Source: Candidatus Oxydemutator sp. (GTDB lineage Bacteria; Pseudomonadota; Gammaproteobacteria; Poriferisulfidales; Oxydemutatoraceae). From it: a stretch of DNA of 64,000 nucleotides. Positions 60,892 through 64,000 of this stretch are shown here, piece by piece (position 1 is the stretch's first letter; each line of letters begins with the position of its first letter). Made by a program: the position numbers and the translations under genes. The stretch lies in contig OZ241883.1 in the NCBI GenBank assembly GCA_965203445.1, positions 96,001 to 160,000 of the forward strand. The letters are read 5' to 3'. The notes below the pieces were generated by a model, which did not search any database, had not been told where the DNA came from, and saw only the letters and a list, made by a program, of their open reading frames with translations.

Positions 60892-63800
60892 CTACGGAGA
60901 ACAAACGCCGCAAGCCGTGGCGGCGTCATTGACGATAATGAAAATCCCGTCGGCGGCGAGAACGTCGCCGTCAAAATCCAAGTCGACGTCCACGACGTAA
61001 CGGCCGGCGGCGGCGGGGCTACCGTAGTGATCGCCACCGATGGCCGCCAGGTTGTTGGCCCGAATAATACCCCAATCATCGGAATCAATAATACCGTTTC
61101 GGTCTATATCACCGACCACCATCGCAAATACACCGTTGGCCACTTCCCGCTGACCGCCTTCATGAGACTGCTCGCGCGTGAAATCAACACAGTATAGAGC
61201 GTCACAACCGACACTGGCGTTGGTCAACGAACTCGACGACATGATGGACAGATGATTACGATGGTGTATCAACAGGTACAGGTCCCGCCCGTCGTGAACT
61301 TCCACGCCAAAACGCACGCCCGCGGTTTCAGCGGCATCCGCCGCCGTGGCGGCGCTTTCTCTAACGCCCACGACGTCGCCGTTGTTCAATAATAATGCCG
61401 CTCGCCTGCCGTTGGTAATGGAACGGGCGGTTGCGGCACTGGCGCCTTGCGTGGTGGCTCTCAGCTCTAACAACACCCAATCCACGATGGCGGGATGAAC
61501 GTCCGACAGGCCGTTCACAACGTGCGGGACGGTGGTTGCCGGCGGATGGTTCCACGGTCTTACATGGTACGGTTGACTCGCCGGCAGGTAGTCTATCAAG
61601 GTGGTCTTCATCGTGCCGCGGCCCCGATCATAGGCGCCCTGTAGCCAGGCCCGGGCCTTCACCGTCACCGTCCGCGGCGCCACGCGGAAGCCGCGCGCGG
61701 CACCATAGGAGCCGCCACCGGGGATCTCGCCCGGGTCGAGCGCGGACAGTGACACGGTGAAGTGTTCCACGTCTTCGTCCCTCCCGTCTTCGACGATACC
61801 GAAGCTACAGTCGGCCATCGCTGCTCCGACGGTGAAGACGGCGACGGCGGTGGTGAAGGTAAAGTCGTCGGCTTCGGCGGTGGTGCCGCGGATACCGTCG
61901 TGCCCGATCGTGCACAGAACGCTTGCACCGGCGGCAGGAACGGGGTCAACGGTCACGACGACGGTCAAAGTGGTGTTTTCCGCCACCGCGTAGCCGGCGG
62001 CGGGAGCCGCGATCGAGAATACGGGACGGCCGTGGGCCGGGATGGTGGTGACGGTGGCGGAACCGACGCTTGGCACCGTCAGCCTTACGCCGCCGCTCAA
62101 CGACTCATGCAACGTCACCCGGAAGCTTTCCGCGTCTTCTGCCTCGTCATCGCGATAAATCGGCAACCCGAAGCTCGCCGAGGTCGCCCCGGGCGCGATG
62201 GTCACGGTGCCGCGCGGGAACGTCATACGTCGCAGGCCGCCGGCTTCGGCAAAGTCATCCTCCTGAACGCCGTTGTCGCCGGCGGCAGCGATGCTCCAGG
62301 TTACCGTCACCGCCTCCGAAACGGCGTCGCTCAGGTGTATCGTATAAATCGCCGTCGTGCCCTCCGAGGCTGTTTCCGGCCCCATTATCGTCGCCGTCGC
62401 CGTCGCCACCACTACCGGCACGAACAGCGTGAGCGGTGCGCCAACGCGAACGTTGTAGCGATACGGCAAAACGTCGCCCAGACTGACCATGACCGGCTCG
62501 TCTCCGTTCCGGGTAACCGTAATATCCGTGCTCGCGGTGGTGCCCAGCGTTATCACGGCCGCGTCGGTGGACAACGTGCCTGCCGACGCCGACAGGTTAA
62601 CCGCCACGTCGAACGGCGCGCCGGAGGCGAGGATCACCCTGACGGCCGCGGTGTTCGACGATGCTGCCACGGTATCGCCCACGCGCTCCAGCTCCAACGT
62701 GAATCGAATCCCACTGTATAACAGACTTGCATTCTTAAGGTCAAAGAGACCGGCGAACAAGCCCGCCGGCAACGGCTTGGTGTCGGGCTCGAAGGCGTTG
62801 AATCTCAAGTCCAACGACTCCAGCTGCGAGAGGCCGGCAAAAAACCCCGCCGGCAATCCGGCCAGAGAGTTATTGGCCAAGATCAGATTTCTCAAGTTGG
62901 GAAGGCCGGTGAACAGACCCGCCGGCAATTCGGTCAGATGGTTGTATGATAAAGACAGCGTTTTCAGGCTCGAAAGACCGGAAAAAACGCCCGCCGGCAA
63001 GCCACCGTATCCCAACAAGTTGGCGGACAGACGCAGCTCCGGCAAACTGGAGAGATCCGAAAATACGCCCGCCGGCAATGTCTCTAACTGGTTGACGATC
63101 AGCCCCAGGCTTGTCAGGCCCGAAAGACCGGAAAAAACGCCCGCCGGCAGCGTCTTAAGACGGTTTTCCTGCAAGTGCAGGAATCGTAAACTGACGGAAT
63201 TGGGGAACACGGTCGCAGACAACGTGGTCAGCTGGTTTTTCCGCAAATCCAAAAACACCAAACTGGTCAGGCTGGAGAACGCGTACTCCGGCAGCGTCTT
63301 AAGGTCGTTTTCATAGAGATATAACAAATTCATCCTGGTAGTATCGGCGAATATGCCCGCCGGCAGCGTGGTCAACCGGTTGTTTATCAAGGACAAGGTG
63401 TTCAACCTGGTGAGGCCGGAGAACACGCCCGCCGGCAACGCCTTCAGTCCATTAGAGCCCAGATCCAGGTACCCCAAGTTATCTAGGCCAAAAAACACCC
63501 TTGCCGGGATCGTCCTCAGGCCGTTGGAATCCAATATCAGGCTACGCAAGCCGGTAAGGCCCGCGAAATCACCCTCTCTCAAGGCGGTAATACTGTTCGC
63601 TCGAAGATCCAAAAACTGAACCTCAGCCAATTGCCCGTCGGTCACACTCGCGCAAGCCGCGGCCGCGTTTGCAGTCGGAGTGACGGCCCTCGTGATCGCG
63701 TCGCTCACCAGGGAGCTGCGTCCACAGACGCCCGCATCCGCAACTTGGCGTACCGCGACCGGCCGTCCGGCCACCGTAAGCGTGCTGGTGCGGACCGCGA

Positions 63801-64000
63801 CGCCGCTGGTGGCGCCTACCTCGACCGTGACGAAACCGGGGCCGCTGCCGGGCAGATTGGACACGAACGCAAGAGATTCCGCGTCGCTCTCCGCCTCCCA
63901 CAAACAACCGGGGGTCGTATGCACCGTGAATTGGACGAGGCCGCCGTCCAACGAAGTGAACCGCACCTGCGGCGACACGGAGAAGTTCGTACACGAGCGC
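60892..64000 (-). CDS. Large surface/secreted protein: BACON-like + 12-13 LRRs + Calx-beta-like + dockerin-like C-terminus (5' end outside window)
   Basis: 24-aa LxxLxLxxNxLxxLPAGxFxGL repeats, DDEAEDAESFRVTL and EDGRDEDVEHFTVSL, WLQGAYD...HRNHL...GDIDRNGIID; frame appears open to the window edge. Confidence 0.88.
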   Translation of the reverse strand, partial: RSCTNFSVSPQVRFTSLDGGLVQFTVHTTPGCLWEAESDAESLAFVSNLPGSGPGFVTVEVGATSGVAVRTSTLTVAGRPVAVRQVADAGVCGRSSLVSDAITRAVTPTANAAAACASVTDGQLAEVQFLDLRANSITALREGDFAGLTGLRSLILDSNGLRTIPARVFFGLDNLGYLDLGSNGLKALPAGVFSGLTRLNTLSLINNRLTTLPAGIFADTTRMNLLYLYENDLKTLPEYAFSSLTSLVFLDLRKNQLTTLSATVFPNSVSLRFLHLQENRLKTLPAGVFSGLSGLTSLGLIVNQLETLPAGVFSDLSSLPELRLSANLLGYGGLPAGVFSGLSSLKTLSLSYNHLTELPAGLFTGLPNLRNLILANNSLAGLPAGFFAGLSQLESLDLRFNAFEPDTKPLPAGLFAGLFDLKNASLLYSGIRFTLELERVGDTVAASSNTAAVRVILASGAPFDVAVNLSASAGTLSTDAAVITLGTTASTDITVTRNGDEPVMVSLGDVLPYRYNVRVGAPLTLFVPVVVATATATIMGPETASEGTTAIYTIHLSDAVSEAVTVTWSIAAAGDNGVQEDDFAEAGGLRRMTFPRGTVTIAPGATSASFGLPIYRDDEAEDAESFRVTLHESLSGGVRLTVPSVGSATVTTIPAHGRPVFSIAAPAAGYAVAENTTLTVVVTVDPVPAAGASVLCTIGHDGIRGTTAEADDFTFTTAVAVFTVGAAMADCSFGIVEDGRDEDVEHFTVSLSALDPGEIPGGGSYGAARGFRVAPRTVTVKARAWLQGAYDRGRGTMKTTLIDYLPASQPYHVRPWNHPPATTVPHVVNGLSDVHPAIVDWVLLELRATTQGASAATARSITNGRRAALLLNNGDVVGVRESAATAADAAETAGVRFGVEVHDGRDLYLLIHHRNHLSIMSSSSLTNASVGCDALYCVDFTREQSHEGGQREVANGVFAMVVGDIDRNGIIDSDDWGIIRANNLAAIGGDHYGSPAAAGRYVVDVDLDFDGDVLAADGIFIIVNDAATACGVCSP

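Overview
High-GC gammaproteobacterial-type chromosome segment; the gene content (LRR/Calx-beta surface protein, Sel1 protein, sulfotransferases, small coiled-coil membrane proteins, very long CRISPR array) suggests a marine invertebrate (e.g. sponge) symbiont, which is inference only. The core backbone is rnr, tRNA-Leu, rsmI-lpoA-yraN-gmhA/diaA, mrdA-rodA-mltB-rlpA-dac-dat, ppa, grxD, queG, trpS-scpA-scpB-rluB, ffs-dnaX-recR, queA-tgt, yajC-secD-secF, hisI, yidD, cysS, rne, rluC and sppA. It is interrupted by four accessory blocks. (1) A MITE, a Schlafen/AlbA_2 gene and a truncated ATPase lie between queG and rluB. (2) An exostosin-like GT64 glycosyltransferase is coupled to a sulfotransferase between recR and queA. 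(3) A ~20.8 kb island bounded by an 11-bp direct repeat splits tgt from yajC; it carries a complete type I-E CRISPR-Cas system with 150 repeats/149 spacers, a decayed IS481-like element invaded by REP-like hairpins, two DUF1640-like genes and a second sulfotransferase. (4) A chimeric BACON-LRR-Calx-beta-dockerin-like gene runs off the right edge. All calls come from reading the sequence and motifs by eye; no database searches were run.
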